From Chthoniobacteraceae bacterium (GTDB lineage Bacteria > Verrucomicrobiota > Verrucomicrobiia > Chthoniobacterales > Chthoniobacteraceae): a stretch of DNA of 64,000 nt. The position numbers and the translations under genes were made by a program. Positions within the stretch are counted from its first letter, which is position 1. Every line of letters begins with the position of its first letter. Shown here piece by piece: positions 1-9,562 of this stretch. The DNA is taken from NCBI GenBank assembly GCA_037190965.1, contig JBBCKI010000010.1, positions 62,229 through 126,228 on the forward strand, read 5' to 3'. The notes beneath the pieces were generated by a model. It worked only from the letters and a program-made list of their open reading frames with translations. It was not told where the DNA came from and did not search any database.

Positions 1-93
1 CACCATGGGCCTCCGCCTTGCCCTGAACCAAAAATCCGGCGCTATATGCGTCATTTTCCTTGTTACAAGGTACTAGCCGCAGGGAGGGACATC

Positions 94-975
94 ATGCAGG
101 ACGCCAACCGCATCCTATCCAAAATCCGCCGCCTGGAGCTCAAGACCCGGGGACTGGTTGACGCCGCGTTTGCGGGCCAGTACCGGAGCGTTTTCAAAGG
201 GCGCGGCATGAACTTCGAGGAGGTCCGCGAGTACCAGCCGGGCGACGAGGTGCGTACCATCGACTGGAACGTCACCGCGCGGCTGGGGCACCCTTTCATC
301 AAGAAGTTCACCGAAGAGCGGGAATTGACCGTCATGCTGGTGGTCGATGTCAGCGCCTCCGGGAGCTTTGGGAGCGTCGATCTCTCCAAGCGCGAACTGG
401 CGGCGGAGGTTGCATGCGTCATCGCCTTCAGCGCCATTCGAAACAACGACAAAGTCGGCCTCATTCTTTTTTCCGATCACGTGGAACTCTTCATCCCGCC
501 CAAGAAGGGGCGGCTGCATACGCTGCGGCTCATGCGCGAGATTCTCTTCTTCGAGCCCACGGGGCGCGGCACCGTTCCCGCCGAGGCGCTCCGCTATCTC
601 AACCGCGTGCTCACCCGGCGCTCGGTGGTGTTCCTCATTTCGGACTTCATGGCCGAGGGCTTCGAACGTGAACTCGGGATCACCGCCCGGCGGCACGATC
701 TCATCGCCATGCCGGTGCTCGATCCGCACGAAGAGGCGCTCCCGGATGCCGGGATCGTTACCTTTGAGGACGCCGAGACGGGTGACCAGATCGAGGTCGA
801 TACCGGCGACCCCTCCGTGCGCGCCGCTTACGCGCATCTGGCGCAGCGGCGTCGGCAGGAGCTCGATCTCCGCTTTCGGCGGGACCGGATCGACTCCGTG
901 CCGATCCAGACTCACCGCGACTATCTCCCGGCGTTGCGGACGTTTTTCCGTAATCGCGAAAGGAGGGCTCGATGA
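94..975 (+). CDS. DUF58 domain protein (MoxR/Bat-associated)
   Basis: GQYRSVFKGRGMNFEEVREYQPGDEVRTIDWNVTAR and DVSASG motifs typical of DUF58; first gene of the vWA/TPR operon; ATG at 94 chosen. Confidence 0.9.
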   Translation: MQDANRILSKIRRLELKTRGLVDAAFAGQYRSVFKGRGMNFEEVREYQPGDEVRTIDWNVTARLGHPFIKKFTEERELTVMLVVDVSASGSFGSVDLSKRELAAEVACVIAFSAIRNNDKVGLILFSDHVELFIPPKKGRLHTLRLMREILFFEPTGRGTVPAEALRYLNRVLTRRSVVFLISDFMAEGFERELGITARRHDLIAMPVLDPHEEALPDAGIVTFEDAETGDQIEVDTGDPSVRAAYAHLAQRRRQELDLRFRRDRIDSVPIQTHRDYLPALRTFFRNRERRAR

Positions 976-1508
976 TTCGCCTTCTCGCGCAAATCGGGCT
1001 TCCGGAGCCCGCTCCAGATGTGCCGGATATTCGTCCCCTCGCGCCTCCCGTGCCGGTGTTGCCGTACCCGATGTGGATGATTGTGGCGGCAGCCGTCGGC
1101 GCGGCGCTTCTGCTGGCGCTGCTGGTCTGGGGGCTCGTGCGTTATCTTCGCAGCCGTCCCGCGCCGCCGCCGCCCACCCCTCGCCAGAAGGCGCTCGCGG
1201 GTCTGGAGGCATTGCGGGGTGGTGTTACCGCGACGGAGCCCTACCCCTTCAGCATCGAAGTCTCCAATGTCCTGCGGACTTTCGTCACGGGGGAATTTCG
1301 TGTCAGCGCGACCGCGCAGACTTCCCCTGAATTCCTCGCGGCTGTCGCGAACAGCCCCAGCTTCTCCGAGGCCGACAAGGAACTCCTTGCCGCGTTTCTG
1401 GAGAGGGCTGACCTGATCAAGTTTGCCCGGGTCCACGCCACGGCGGCGGATAGCGAGCATCTGCTGGAGCAGGCGTTCCGGTTCGTGAAGGGGGGCGTCC
1501 AGGCATGA
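972..1508 (+). CDS. Bat-operon single-TM protein (DUF4381-like)
   Basis: DIRP motif, one TM helix, Pro-rich linker, C-terminal ADLIKFA motif; ATGA overlaps with both neighbours. Confidence 0.7.
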   Translation: MIRLLAQIGLPEPAPDVPDIRPLAPPVPVLPYPMWMIVAAAVGAALLLALLVWGLVRYLRSRPAPPPPTPRQKALAGLEALRGGVTATEPYPFSIEVSNVLRTFVTGEFRVSATAQTSPEFLAAVANSPSFSEADKELLAAFLERADLIKFARVHATAADSEHLLEQAFRFVKGGVQA

Positions 1509-2527
1509 ACCCTTTCGCCGATTTCGGGATCTCCTTCGCCAATCCGTGGTTGCTTCTCCTGCTGCTGGTGATTCCCGTGCTGGCGTGGCTGCGCGGGCAG
1601 CGGGGGGCCGCGCCGACGGTGGTTTTTTCCTCCACGACGCAACTCCGCGCTCTTGGGAAACGGGTGACCAGCCGGGCGGGAAACTTTCTGACCGGTCTGA
1701 CTTACCTGGCCCTTGCCTCGCTGATCATCGCCCTCGCGCGGCCGCAGAAGGGGAAGACGCTGACGCATGTCGAAGCCAGCGGCATCGACATCATGCTCGT
1801 GCTCGACGTTTCGCGGTCGATGTTGGCCGAGGACTTCACCATTGGCGGGCGAAGGGCCAACCGCCTCAATGTGGTCAAGCAGGTAACCGAAAAATTCATC
1901 GAGCAACGCCCCAATGACCGGATCGGCATCGTCGCCTTTGCCGGGCGGCCTTACCTGGTCAGCCCATTGACGCTCGACCATGACTGGCTGTTGCAGAACA
2001 TGGACCGGGTGCAGATCGGACTGGTGGAGGATGGTACTGCGATCGGCTCCGCCATTGCCTCGGCCGCCAACCGGCTTCGGGGGGATCGCACCGCCAAGAG
2101 CCGCGTCATCATCCTCCTGACCGATGGCGACAACAACGCGGGCAAGATTTCTCCCTCCACCGCCGCGGAGGCAGCGCGTTCCCTGGGCCTCAAGATTTAT
2201 GCCATCGGCGCGGGGACGGAAGGCGATGCCCCATTCCCCATGCAGGATATGTTTGGGCGGACCGTTTATCAAAGGGTTCGATTTCCGCTCGATGTCGCCA
2301 CCCTCAAACAGGTGGCGGAGATTGGCAATGGCGAGTTCTACCGCGCCACCGACACGCAATCGCTGGAGGCCATTTACGGGCAGATCGACAAACTGGAAAA
2401 AAGCACGTTTGAACTCAAAAAATTCAGCCAGTATCGCGATCTCTTCCCCTGGTTTGCCGGGGTGGGAGGCGGCCTGTTGCTGCTTCAGATGATTCTTTCG
2501 CAAACGATTTGGAGGAGGGTGCCCTGA
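1505..2527 (+). CDS. batA: BatA-like vWA domain membrane protein
   Basis: FANPWLL N-terminus, ALARPQ, MIDAS DVSRSM, GTAIG, LLTDG motifs, C-terminal TM. Confidence 0.85.
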   Translation: MNPFADFGISFANPWLLLLLLVIPVLAWLRGQRGAAPTVVFSSTTQLRALGKRVTSRAGNFLTGLTYLALASLIIALARPQKGKTLTHVEASGIDIMLVLDVSRSMLAEDFTIGGRRANRLNVVKQVTEKFIEQRPNDRIGIVAFAGRPYLVSPLTLDHDWLLQNMDRVQIGLVEDGTAIGSAIASAANRLRGDRTAKSRVIILLTDGDNNAGKISPSTAAEAARSLGLKIYAIGAGTEGDAPFPMQDMFGRTVYQRVRFPLDVATLKQVAEIGNGEFYRATDTQSLEAIYGQIDKLEKSTFELKKFSQYRDLFPWFAGVGGGLLLLQMILSQTIWRRVP

Positions 2528-4785
2528 TGAACGAGTTGAACGAGTTTACTCTGGGCAAGACCCTTATCTGGGGAGAGCCGCTCTGGTTCTGGGGCTTGTT
2601 GATTCTGCCGCTCGCCTTGGGGCTGTTTGTCTGGGCGGAACGCCGCCGCTCGCTGAGCCTGCAACGCCTCGTGGCCGCCCGGCTGCAATCCACCCTTGCG
2701 GGGAGCGTGAGCGGTGTGAAACGGCGGGTCCAGTTCGTGCTGATGCTCGCTGCGCTGGGGTGTTTCATCATCACGTTGGCCGCACCGCGCTACGGCTACA
2801 CCTTTGAGGAAGCCAAGCGGAAGGGGCGCGATGTGGTGATCGCCATCGACACCTCCCGCTCCATGCTGGCCACCGATGTCGTTCCAAGCCGCCTTGCAAG
2901 GGCGAAACTGGCCGCGCAGGATCTCATCAATACCCTTGGAGGCGATCGCGTCGGGTTGGTGGCGTTCGCCGGGTCGGCCTTTCTTCAGGCTCCTCTGACC
3001 GTCGATTACAATGCGGTGCTCTCCTCGCTCAACGAACTCGACACCGACATCATTCCCCGGGGCGGCACGAATCTCGCGGAGGCTATCGCCGTCGCGTCGA
3101 AGGCGTTTGGCAAAGGAGAGGGGGAGAGTCGCGCGCTCGTGCTCTTTACCGATGGCGAGGAACTCGACGCGGATGTCCTCGCCACCGCCCGACAGGCCGC
3201 AGGGTCGATCCGGATTTTCACCGTGGGCGTCGGCTCGGGAGATGGCTCGCTCATCCCGGTCCCGGGGGAAAATGGGGGCACGGAGTTTGTCAAAGACCCC
3301 CAGGGGAATTTCGTCAAATCGCGCCTGGATGAAAGCAAGCTCAAGGAAATCGCCGAATTAACGGGCGGTTTTTATGTCCATTTGCAGAATGCTCCCGCCG
3401 AGATGCGGCGCATTGTGGACGACGGCCTGAACGTCATGAAGGAATCGGAGACCGATGCCCGGATGTCGCGCAAGCCGATCGAGCGGTTCCAATGGCCGCT
3501 GGGGGCGGGGCTCGCGTTGCTGGTTGCTTCCATGCTCATCAACGACCGGCGGAGCGTGGCGAATGGGGGATCCCGTAAAACCGGAAAAGGCGCGCCGGGT
3601 GCGGCGGTGGCTGGAGCATTCATCCTTGCCGCTTCGCTTGCGGCGACCGCGAGAACGGAGGCGGCGGATGGGAATGAGCTTTTTGCGCAAAAGAGATACG
3701 AGGAAGCGGGCAAGGCGTTTGAGGAGGCCCAGAAAAGACAGCCGAATCTTCCTGCGCTTCATTACAACAAGGCTGCTGCCGATTACGCCCAAGGCAAATA
3801 CGACGAGGCGGTGGATGGATTTTCCCGCGCGCTCGCGGCAACCAATAGGGAGCTTCGCTCTAAAGCGGAGTATAACCTCGGGACTACGCTGCTCCAGCGT
3901 GCGCTTCGGCGTGATGGAAAAGAACGCGATGCTGACTTGAAAAACGCTATTCAGCACCTTGAAGAGGCAGCCAAATTAGATCCAAAAATTGCCGAAGTTG
4001 CTGCTGCCAATAAGGAAATCGCCAAGAAAAAATTGGAAGAACCAAAGCCTCCAAAGCAGAAAAAGGACGACAGTAAGAAGGATAAAGAAGACAAGAATAA
4101 GAACGACCAGTCGAAGAACGACCAGTCCAAGGACGATCAGTCGAAGAACGACCAGTCGAAGAACGATCAGTCCAAGGACGATCAGTCGAAGGACGACCAG
4201 TCGAAGGACGATCAGTCGAAGAACGATCAGTCGAAGAACGATCAGTCGAAGAACGATCAGTCGAAGGACGATCAGTCGAAGGACGATCAGTCGAAGGACG
4301 ATCAGTCGAAGGACGACCAGTCGAAGAACGATCAGTCGAAGGACGATCAGTCGAAGGACGACCAGTCGAAGAACGATCAGTCGAAGGACGATCAGTCGAA
4401 GAACGATCAATCAAAGGACGACCGGTCGAAGGACGATCAGTCGAAGGACGATCAGTCGAAGGATCAACCCGGCAAGCCTGAGCCTTCGCCGACGCCGAAA
4501 CCGGGCGATGGGTCCGACAACAAGCCGGATAGCTCTAATCGCAATCAACCGCCTGCCGGTGCGCCCACCCCAGCCCCTGATGAGCAAAAACCATCGGGAG
4601 ACATCAAGGCTCAGGAATCGAATGCGCCTGCGGGAGATGCCGCAGCCGCTGCCGAAGAGCCTGCCAATCCGAACGAGATGTCCGAGAATCAGGCGAGGGC
4701 TTTGCTTGACTCTCTCAAGGGTGAGGACGATCAACCTTCCAGGAACGAACAAAGGGGCGCGGCTCCTGTCTTAAAAAATTGGTAA
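2527..4785 (+). CDS. BatB-BatC-like fusion: vWA + TPR + low-complexity K(N/D)DQS repeat
   Basis: DTSRSM MIDAS, FTDGE, TPR-like YNLG segments, C-terminal A..LL..L...KNW tail typical of BatC; ATG overlaps upstream TGA at 2527. Confidence 0.8.
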   Translation: MNELNEFTLGKTLIWGEPLWFWGLLILPLALGLFVWAERRRSLSLQRLVAARLQSTLAGSVSGVKRRVQFVLMLAALGCFIITLAAPRYGYTFEEAKRKGRDVVIAIDTSRSMLATDVVPSRLARAKLAAQDLINTLGGDRVGLVAFAGSAFLQAPLTVDYNAVLSSLNELDTDIIPRGGTNLAEAIAVASKAFGKGEGESRALVLFTDGEELDADVLATARQAAGSIRIFTVGVGSGDGSLIPVPGENGGTEFVKDPQGNFVKSRLDESKLKEIAELTGGFYVHLQNAPAEMRRIVDDGLNVMKESETDARMSRKPIERFQWPLGAGLALLVASMLINDRRSVANGGSRKTGKGAPGAAVAGAFILAASLAATARTEAADGNELFAQKRYEEAGKAFEEAQKRQPNLPALHYNKAAADYAQGKYDEAVDGFSRALAATNRELRSKAEYNLGTTLLQRALRRDGKERDADLKNAIQHLEEAAKLDPKIAEVAAANKEIAKKKLEEPKPPKQKKDDSKKDKEDKNKNDQSKNDQSKDDQSKNDQSKNDQSKDDQSKDDQSKDDQSKNDQSKNDQSKNDQSKDDQSKDDQSKDDQSKDDQSKNDQSKDDQSKDDQSKNDQSKDDQSKNDQSKDDRSKDDQSKDDQSKDQPGKPEPSPTPKPGDGSDNKPDSSNRNQPPAGAPTPAPDEQKPSGDIKAQESNAPAGDAAAAAEEPANPNEMSENQARALLDSLKGEDDQPSRNEQRGAAPVLKNW
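4099..4458 (+). repeat. 24 x 15-bp in-frame tandem repeat AAG(A/G)ACGA(C/T)CAGTC(G/C) encoding K(N/D)DQS
   Basis: Counted directly in DNA and protein; 360 bp; one KDDRS variant unit. Confidence 0.95.
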
Positions 4786-6620
4786 TGGAAACCCGAATTT
4801 ACAGCATCCGATGGTTCGCGGCGCTACTGCTGACTCTGATCGTTTTGGGCCAGCCTGCTTTCGCGAAGGAAGTCTCCGCTTCGGCGTCGCTCTCTTATGA
4901 AGAGACGGCCGTGGGGGAGGCGGTGGAGTTGACGGTAACGGTGGAGGGCTCCCGCAACAGCAGCTCGCCGGAAATTGCCGTGGACGGGTTGCAGATTCAA
5001 TACGTGGGGCCACAGACCCGGATTGAAATGAACAATTTCGATGTCAGTTCCAGTATTACCCACACCTATGCCGTGATTCCCCAGCGGGAGGGAACCTTCA
5101 CCATTCCGGCGCTGAAGATCGATGTTGGCGGAAGAAAGCTCTCCACGCAGCCGCTCAAGCTGGTGGTGAAGGGTGGCGGTGCCACGAATGTTCCGGGCTC
5201 CGAGGACTCCGGCGAGGCCTCAGATAGCCGCATGGCCTTTGCGGAGTGGGTTGTTCCCAAGACCACCGCGTATATCGGCGAAACGGTTCCGGCAGAACTT
5301 CGGCTTTACGTGGCGTCGCAGGTCCAGATGAGTTTGCAACATCACCCCATCGTGAGCGGCGATGGGTTCACGGTTCAGCCGATGCCGAAGAACCCGAAGA
5401 TCACTCGGATCATCCGCAATGGCCGCTCGTACGAAATGGTCATTTTCAAGACGGCGCTCACCGCCGTGAAAGCCGGGCATTTGAAGCTGGAGCCGACCGA
5501 GATCAATGCCGTGGCGCAGATGCAGCGCCGCCGCGCCCAGCGCCCCCGAGGGTTTCCCGATGTCTTCAATGACCCGTTTTTTGACAATGCTTTCGGAACC
5601 GTCTCGCAGCCGGTGATCATCAAGGCCGACGCGCTGGAGATGGAGATCAAGCCGCTTCCTGTCGCCGGTCGGCCAAAAGGGTTTTCGGGAGCCATCGGGC
5701 AGTTCACTTTCGAAACGCAAGCGAGTCCGCTTCAAGTGAAAGCGGGCGATCCGGTGACGGTGACGGCAACGGTGTCGGGGGTCGGCAGTTTCGACCGGAT
5801 GGGGCCGCCCGTGGCCGAGGAGACGGCGGGCTGGAGGGCTTATCCGCCAAGTTCGAAGTTCAAGAGCGAGGATGACATTGGGATCTCGGGCTCGAAAACG
5901 TTCGAGTTCGCGATGATTGCCGACCGTCCGCAGACCGCGCTTCCGAAGATCGAGTTTTCGTTCTTCGACCCCGCCAAGGAGCAGTACGTCACGCTGACGG
6001 GCGATCCGGCTGCCGTCGTCGTGGAGGGAGCCGCCGCTCCGTCTCCGACGCCCAGTGTGGCCGCTACGTCCACCACCGCGCCGGCAGCGAAACAAGAAGA
6101 GGCGGCCAGGGCGAATGACATTCTGTTCATCCGCTCGGACGCGGGCTCCTGGGGAGCTTCGTTCGCGCCGGTGTGGCGCACCCCGGTGTTCTGGTTTGGC
6201 CAGTTGATCCCGCTGGCGGCGTTATTGTTTGGGGCGGGATGGAGCTGGCGCTCCGCGCGTCTCGGCGATGTCCGCGCCCGGCAAGTGGCGGTGCTTCGCC
6301 AGGAAAAAGCGGCGGCGGTTCGTCTACTTCGTCAGCCCGACACTGCGCCGGACCGCTTTTATGCCGCCGCGGTGCGAGCCCTGCAACTTGAAGCGGCGCT
6401 TCGCGATGCCTCGCTCATTCCGGAGACGCTCGATGCGGAAACGCTCTGCGCCTCCCGTTCGCTGGATGCGGAGACCGCGCGGGAGATCCGCGCCCTCTTT
6501 GCGGCTCATGATGAACTGCATTACGCGGGAGCCGGAGCTTCTTCGGGGGAAGGGGTTCCCGCCGAACGTCGGAGCCACGTATTGCGAACCTTGGAACAGT
6601 TTGAGAAAAGTCATGCGTAA
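4785..6620 (+). CDS. batD: BatD-like protein
   Basis: Signal peptide, Ig-like BatD segments (GTFTIPA, IKPLP..GRPKGFSGAIGQF, FSFFDP), C-terminal TM; operon context. Confidence 0.85.
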   Translation: METRIYSIRWFAALLLTLIVLGQPAFAKEVSASASLSYEETAVGEAVELTVTVEGSRNSSSPEIAVDGLQIQYVGPQTRIEMNNFDVSSSITHTYAVIPQREGTFTIPALKIDVGGRKLSTQPLKLVVKGGGATNVPGSEDSGEASDSRMAFAEWVVPKTTAYIGETVPAELRLYVASQVQMSLQHHPIVSGDGFTVQPMPKNPKITRIIRNGRSYEMVIFKTALTAVKAGHLKLEPTEINAVAQMQRRRAQRPRGFPDVFNDPFFDNAFGTVSQPVIIKADALEMEIKPLPVAGRPKGFSGAIGQFTFETQASPLQVKAGDPVTVTATVSGVGSFDRMGPPVAEETAGWRAYPPSSKFKSEDDIGISGSKTFEFAMIADRPQTALPKIEFSFFDPAKEQYVTLTGDPAAVVVEGAAAPSPTPSVAATSTTAPAAKQEEAARANDILFIRSDAGSWGASFAPVWRTPVFWFGQLIPLAALLFGAGWSWRSARLGDVRARQVAVLRQEKAAAVRLLRQPDTAPDRFYAAAVRALQLEAALRDASLIPETLDAETLCASRSLDAETAREIRALFAAHDELHYAGAGASSGEGVPAERRSHVLRTLEQFEKSHA

Positions 6621-7377
6621 TCTTTTTTTCGCGCGAGTTGCACTGTTTTGCCTGTTGGCGTTGTTTCACACTGTCGGCCCTGTGCATGCACAGGCAGGCT
6701 CCATTCCTAACGGGTTCGAGACTGCCAACCAGGCTTATAGCCAGGGTGATTTCAAGGCTGCCCGCGAGGGCTATGTAGCTCTGATAAAGTCCGGACAGCG
6801 GAACGCCAATCTTTTCTACAATCTTGGCAACGCGGATTACCGCCTCGGTGACAAGGGCGCGGCGATTCTCGCCTACGAGCGCGCTCTGGCGCTGGATCCG
6901 TCGCACCCCGAGGCTCGGGCCAATCTGCAATTGCTCAGGAGCGAGACCGGGGCCAAGGTCGCCGAGCCTCTTTGGTGGCAGCGCGCGCTGGTCTGGCCTC
7001 AGGCCGTCACCCGGCAGAATGCAACCTGGATCGCCGCCGCCGGCTTTTGGGTGATCTGTTTCAGCGTCATTCCGGTGTTCGGGAAACGGCGTGGTATCGC
7101 CTGGATTCCCGCGGTGCTGGGGTTGGTGGCGCTCGCATGGGCAGGCGGCGCGGTGGCTTGGGAGGCCTCGCGGGGAGCCGCGTGGATCGTGACCGCAAAA
7201 GAGGGGCGTGCGCGCACCGCCCCGGCTGATACCTCCAAGTCGGTTGGGGTGCTTCCCACGGGCAGCGTGGTGCGTCTCATTCTGGAGCGCGGAGATTGGC
7301 TTTACGTCTTGCTTCCCGACGATTCGCGGGGGTGGTTCGCGCGGGGGGAGTTGGAGCCGGTTGCTCCTGGGGTTTAA
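6613..7377 (+). CDS. batE: BatE-like TPR + SH3-like protein
   Basis: Signal peptide, LFYNLGNA...AILAYERALALDP TPR, two TMs, C-terminal SH3b-like GW motif. Confidence 0.8.
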   Translation: MRNLFFARVALFCLLALFHTVGPVHAQAGSIPNGFETANQAYSQGDFKAAREGYVALIKSGQRNANLFYNLGNADYRLGDKGAAILAYERALALDPSHPEARANLQLLRSETGAKVAEPLWWQRALVWPQAVTRQNATWIAAAGFWVICFSVIPVFGKRRGIAWIPAVLGLVALAWAGGAVAWEASRGAAWIVTAKEGRARTAPADTSKSVGVLPTGSVVRLILERGDWLYVLLPDDSRGWFARGELEPVAPGV

Positions 7378-7407
7378 CGAAAAGAAGAAAATGGTGCGGC
7401 AGCACCG

Positions 7408-7551
7408 GTAGCCCGCTCGCGCCGTCGAGCGCGGGTATTGGCTTGCGTGGCTTTATGAGGGCTGCGTCCCAATGCCGGCAGGCCGTCCTGCGGGGATGGA
7501 CGCCAAATGCGGCTCTTCATCGATCCCGCGCTGGCGGCGCGAGCGGGCTAC
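7408..7551. repeat. REPIN-like element copy 1 (inverted GTAG-type REP doublet)
   Basis: GTAGCCCGCTCGCGCCGTCGAGCGCGGG ... CCCGCGCTGGCGGCGCGAGCGGGCTAC; homologous copies at 14242, 20097, 23142 and 31326. Confidence 0.85.
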
Positions 7552-7605
7552 CCACTGAAATTTCGGGCCGTTGCAATCTTGCTGATGCCGCTATAAACTC
7601 CTGCT

Positions 7606-8559
7606 GTGAGAATCCCGGCAAAGCTTGTTGCGGTCGGCCTTTCCATTTTGGCGCATGCGGTGGCATTCGGCCAGGCCGGGAACGATTGGCGAAAAGATCT
7701 GACGCCGCTTGCATCCGGAAGCCTCGCACCGATGCCCGAAGGGGAGGCGCAGTATCGTTTTGGCTGGTCGGGTGTGACGGCTGCCCGGACGACGCTCAAG
7801 TTCTCGCAGCCGGTTCCCGGGATCTCGCGGCTTGATGTGTCCGCCAGCACGATAGGCTCGGCGCGGGTGCTCTGGCGGCTGGATGCCACGGCTCTTCTCA
7901 TGAGCGACCTGACTGCTTCCCGGCCTTTGCGGGTGCGACAGTTGGAGCGTTACCGGGGGCGCACCGTCGTTTCTGCGCTGGAGTTTGACCCCGAGAAAGT
8001 TTTCTACACCAAAGCCCGGATGCGTCGCGCCTCGGCCACCGCCCCGTCGGGCCTTTTTTCGGGCGCTCCGGCGGATCGGGATGCCCTTCATGAGCTGACC
8101 GGCGGGAAAGCGAAGCGGTTCAAGTTTCCGGAGATTCTCGACCTTCAGTCGGCCCTGCTTTTTGTGCGCAGCCAGCCGCTGAAAGCGGGCGACGTGCTCA
8201 AGTTCATGGTGTTTCAGGACAACTCCGCGTATCTCGCGGTGGTGCGGGTTGCCAAGCGGGAGACGGTCAAGGTTCCCGCCGGGAGCTACCCCGCGATCAA
8301 GCTCGACCTCAGCCTGAACTGGGTAGATGACAAGCTAGTCCTTCAGCCGCACAAGAATTTCAAGCGCGCGAGCGGATGGATCTCCGACGATCCCAACCGC
8401 CTGCTTTTGAAAGTGGAGTCCGAAGTGTTTATCGGCAGCGTCTGGGGGGAACTTGTTCGGTTTGCCCCTCGTGCATCCCGTGGGGGTGTGGCGGGGGAAA
8501 CACCTCCGGTTGATCCGGTTGGAGCCGTTGCCGAGCGCGGACAATTTCCGCTCCCATAG
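7606..8559 (+). CDS. DUF3108-like exported protein
   Basis: Signal peptide; YRFGWSG..AA and ETVKVPAG..WISDD..RL.LK.E...FIGSV pattern. Confidence 0.65.
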   Translation: MRIPAKLVAVGLSILAHAVAFGQAGNDWRKDLTPLASGSLAPMPEGEAQYRFGWSGVTAARTTLKFSQPVPGISRLDVSASTIGSARVLWRLDATALLMSDLTASRPLRVRQLERYRGRTVVSALEFDPEKVFYTKARMRRASATAPSGLFSGAPADRDALHELTGGKAKRFKFPEILDLQSALLFVRSQPLKAGDVLKFMVFQDNSAYLAVVRVAKRETVKVPAGSYPAIKLDLSLNWVDDKLVLQPHKNFKRASGWISDDPNRLLLKVESEVFIGSVWGELVRFAPRASRGGVAGETPPVDPVGAVAERGQFPLP

Positions 8560-8830
8560 CGCTCCGGCGAGCGCCGTCGTGTTCGGGTTCAAAAGCTGAA
8601 AGATCGGGGAGTTCCCCCGATACCGCTCTGTTTCGTTTTCGTGTTTACTTGCATCCATCAGCCCCGGCCATGGACGGGCACCGTTGCAAGGATCGCAGCG
8701 GAGGGGCTGTTTCGCACCTCGGTGCGGAGTGGGCGGAGAAAACAGGCAGGGATCGCAGGTTTTTCTCCGTCTACTCCACGCGGTTTGCAGAGCTTGCACG
8801 AAGTCGCGTGACCACGCTATAACGCGGGCG

Positions 8831-9562
8831 ATGCCCGCAAAAAAGCACCGTATCCGGCTCGACGCTCTGGACCACAAATGCCTCAAGGAGGAGGATTATA
8901 AGCGTGAGTTGAAGAAGGAGGAGCTTAGGCTGTTGAATCTCCAGCTCAGGTTGGCAGAGAGAAAGTCCAACGTGATCGTCGTTTTCGAGGGCCCTGACGC
9001 CGCGGGGAAGGGGGGCGCGATCAAGCGATTGGGCGAGCGGCTCGATCCCCGGTTGGTCCGGGTCTACTCCATCGTGAAGCCGACCATCGAGGAGTATCAG
9101 CACCATTACCTGTGGCGCTTCTGGAACAAACTCCCGCCGTACGGGCAGATGGCGGTTTTCGATCGCTCCTGGTACGGGCGCGTGCTCGTGGAGCGGGTGG
9201 AGAAGTTCGCGACTCCGGCCGAGTGGAAGAGAGCCTATCAGGAGATCAATGATTTCGAGAAGGCGTTGACCGACGATGGTTCTGTCATCATCAAGTTTTA
9301 CCTGCATATCACCAAGGAGGAACAGCTTGCCCGCTTCACCCGACGGCAGGCGGACCCGTACAAACACTGGAAGATCAATGACGAAGACTGGCGCAACCGG
9401 GCGCATTGGGCCGAGAACAATGCCGCCGCCGAAGAGATGTTCGTCCGCACCTCCTGCCCCAAAGCGCCGTGGTACGTGATCGGCGCCAACTACAAATGGC
9501 ATGCCCGGCTGACCGTGGTGAAAACTGTTGCCGACCGGGTGGAAAAACTTTTGAAGAAATGA
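8831..9562 (+). CDS. ppk2: Polyphosphate kinase 2 family protein
   Basis: FEGPDAAGKGG Walker A, LDPR, FDRSWYGRVLVERV motifs. Confidence 0.92.
   Translation: MPAKKHRIRLDALDHKCLKEEDYKRELKKEELRLLNLQLRLAERKSNVIVVFEGPDAAGKGGAIKRLGERLDPRLVRVYSIVKPTIEEYQHHYLWRFWNKLPPYGQMAVFDRSWYGRVLVERVEKFATPAEWKRAYQEINDFEKALTDDGSVIIKFYLHITKEEQLARFTRRQADPYKHWKINDEDWRNRAHWAENNAAAEEMFVRTSCPKAPWYVIGANYKWHARLTVVKTVADRVEKLLKK

Noticed and set aside
1241..2503. 420-aa minus-strand ORF and similar long antisense ORFs
   Set aside because: They overlap well-supported genes on the opposite strand, as expected at high GC.
4099..4458. Possible CRISPR array
   Set aside because: Contiguous 15-bp units with no unique spacers, in frame inside a CDS, and no cas genes.
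3947..4774. Repetitive alternative ORFs (DRSST, LIVLR, RRTIS)
   Set aside because: Other-frame readings of a stop-free tandem repeat.
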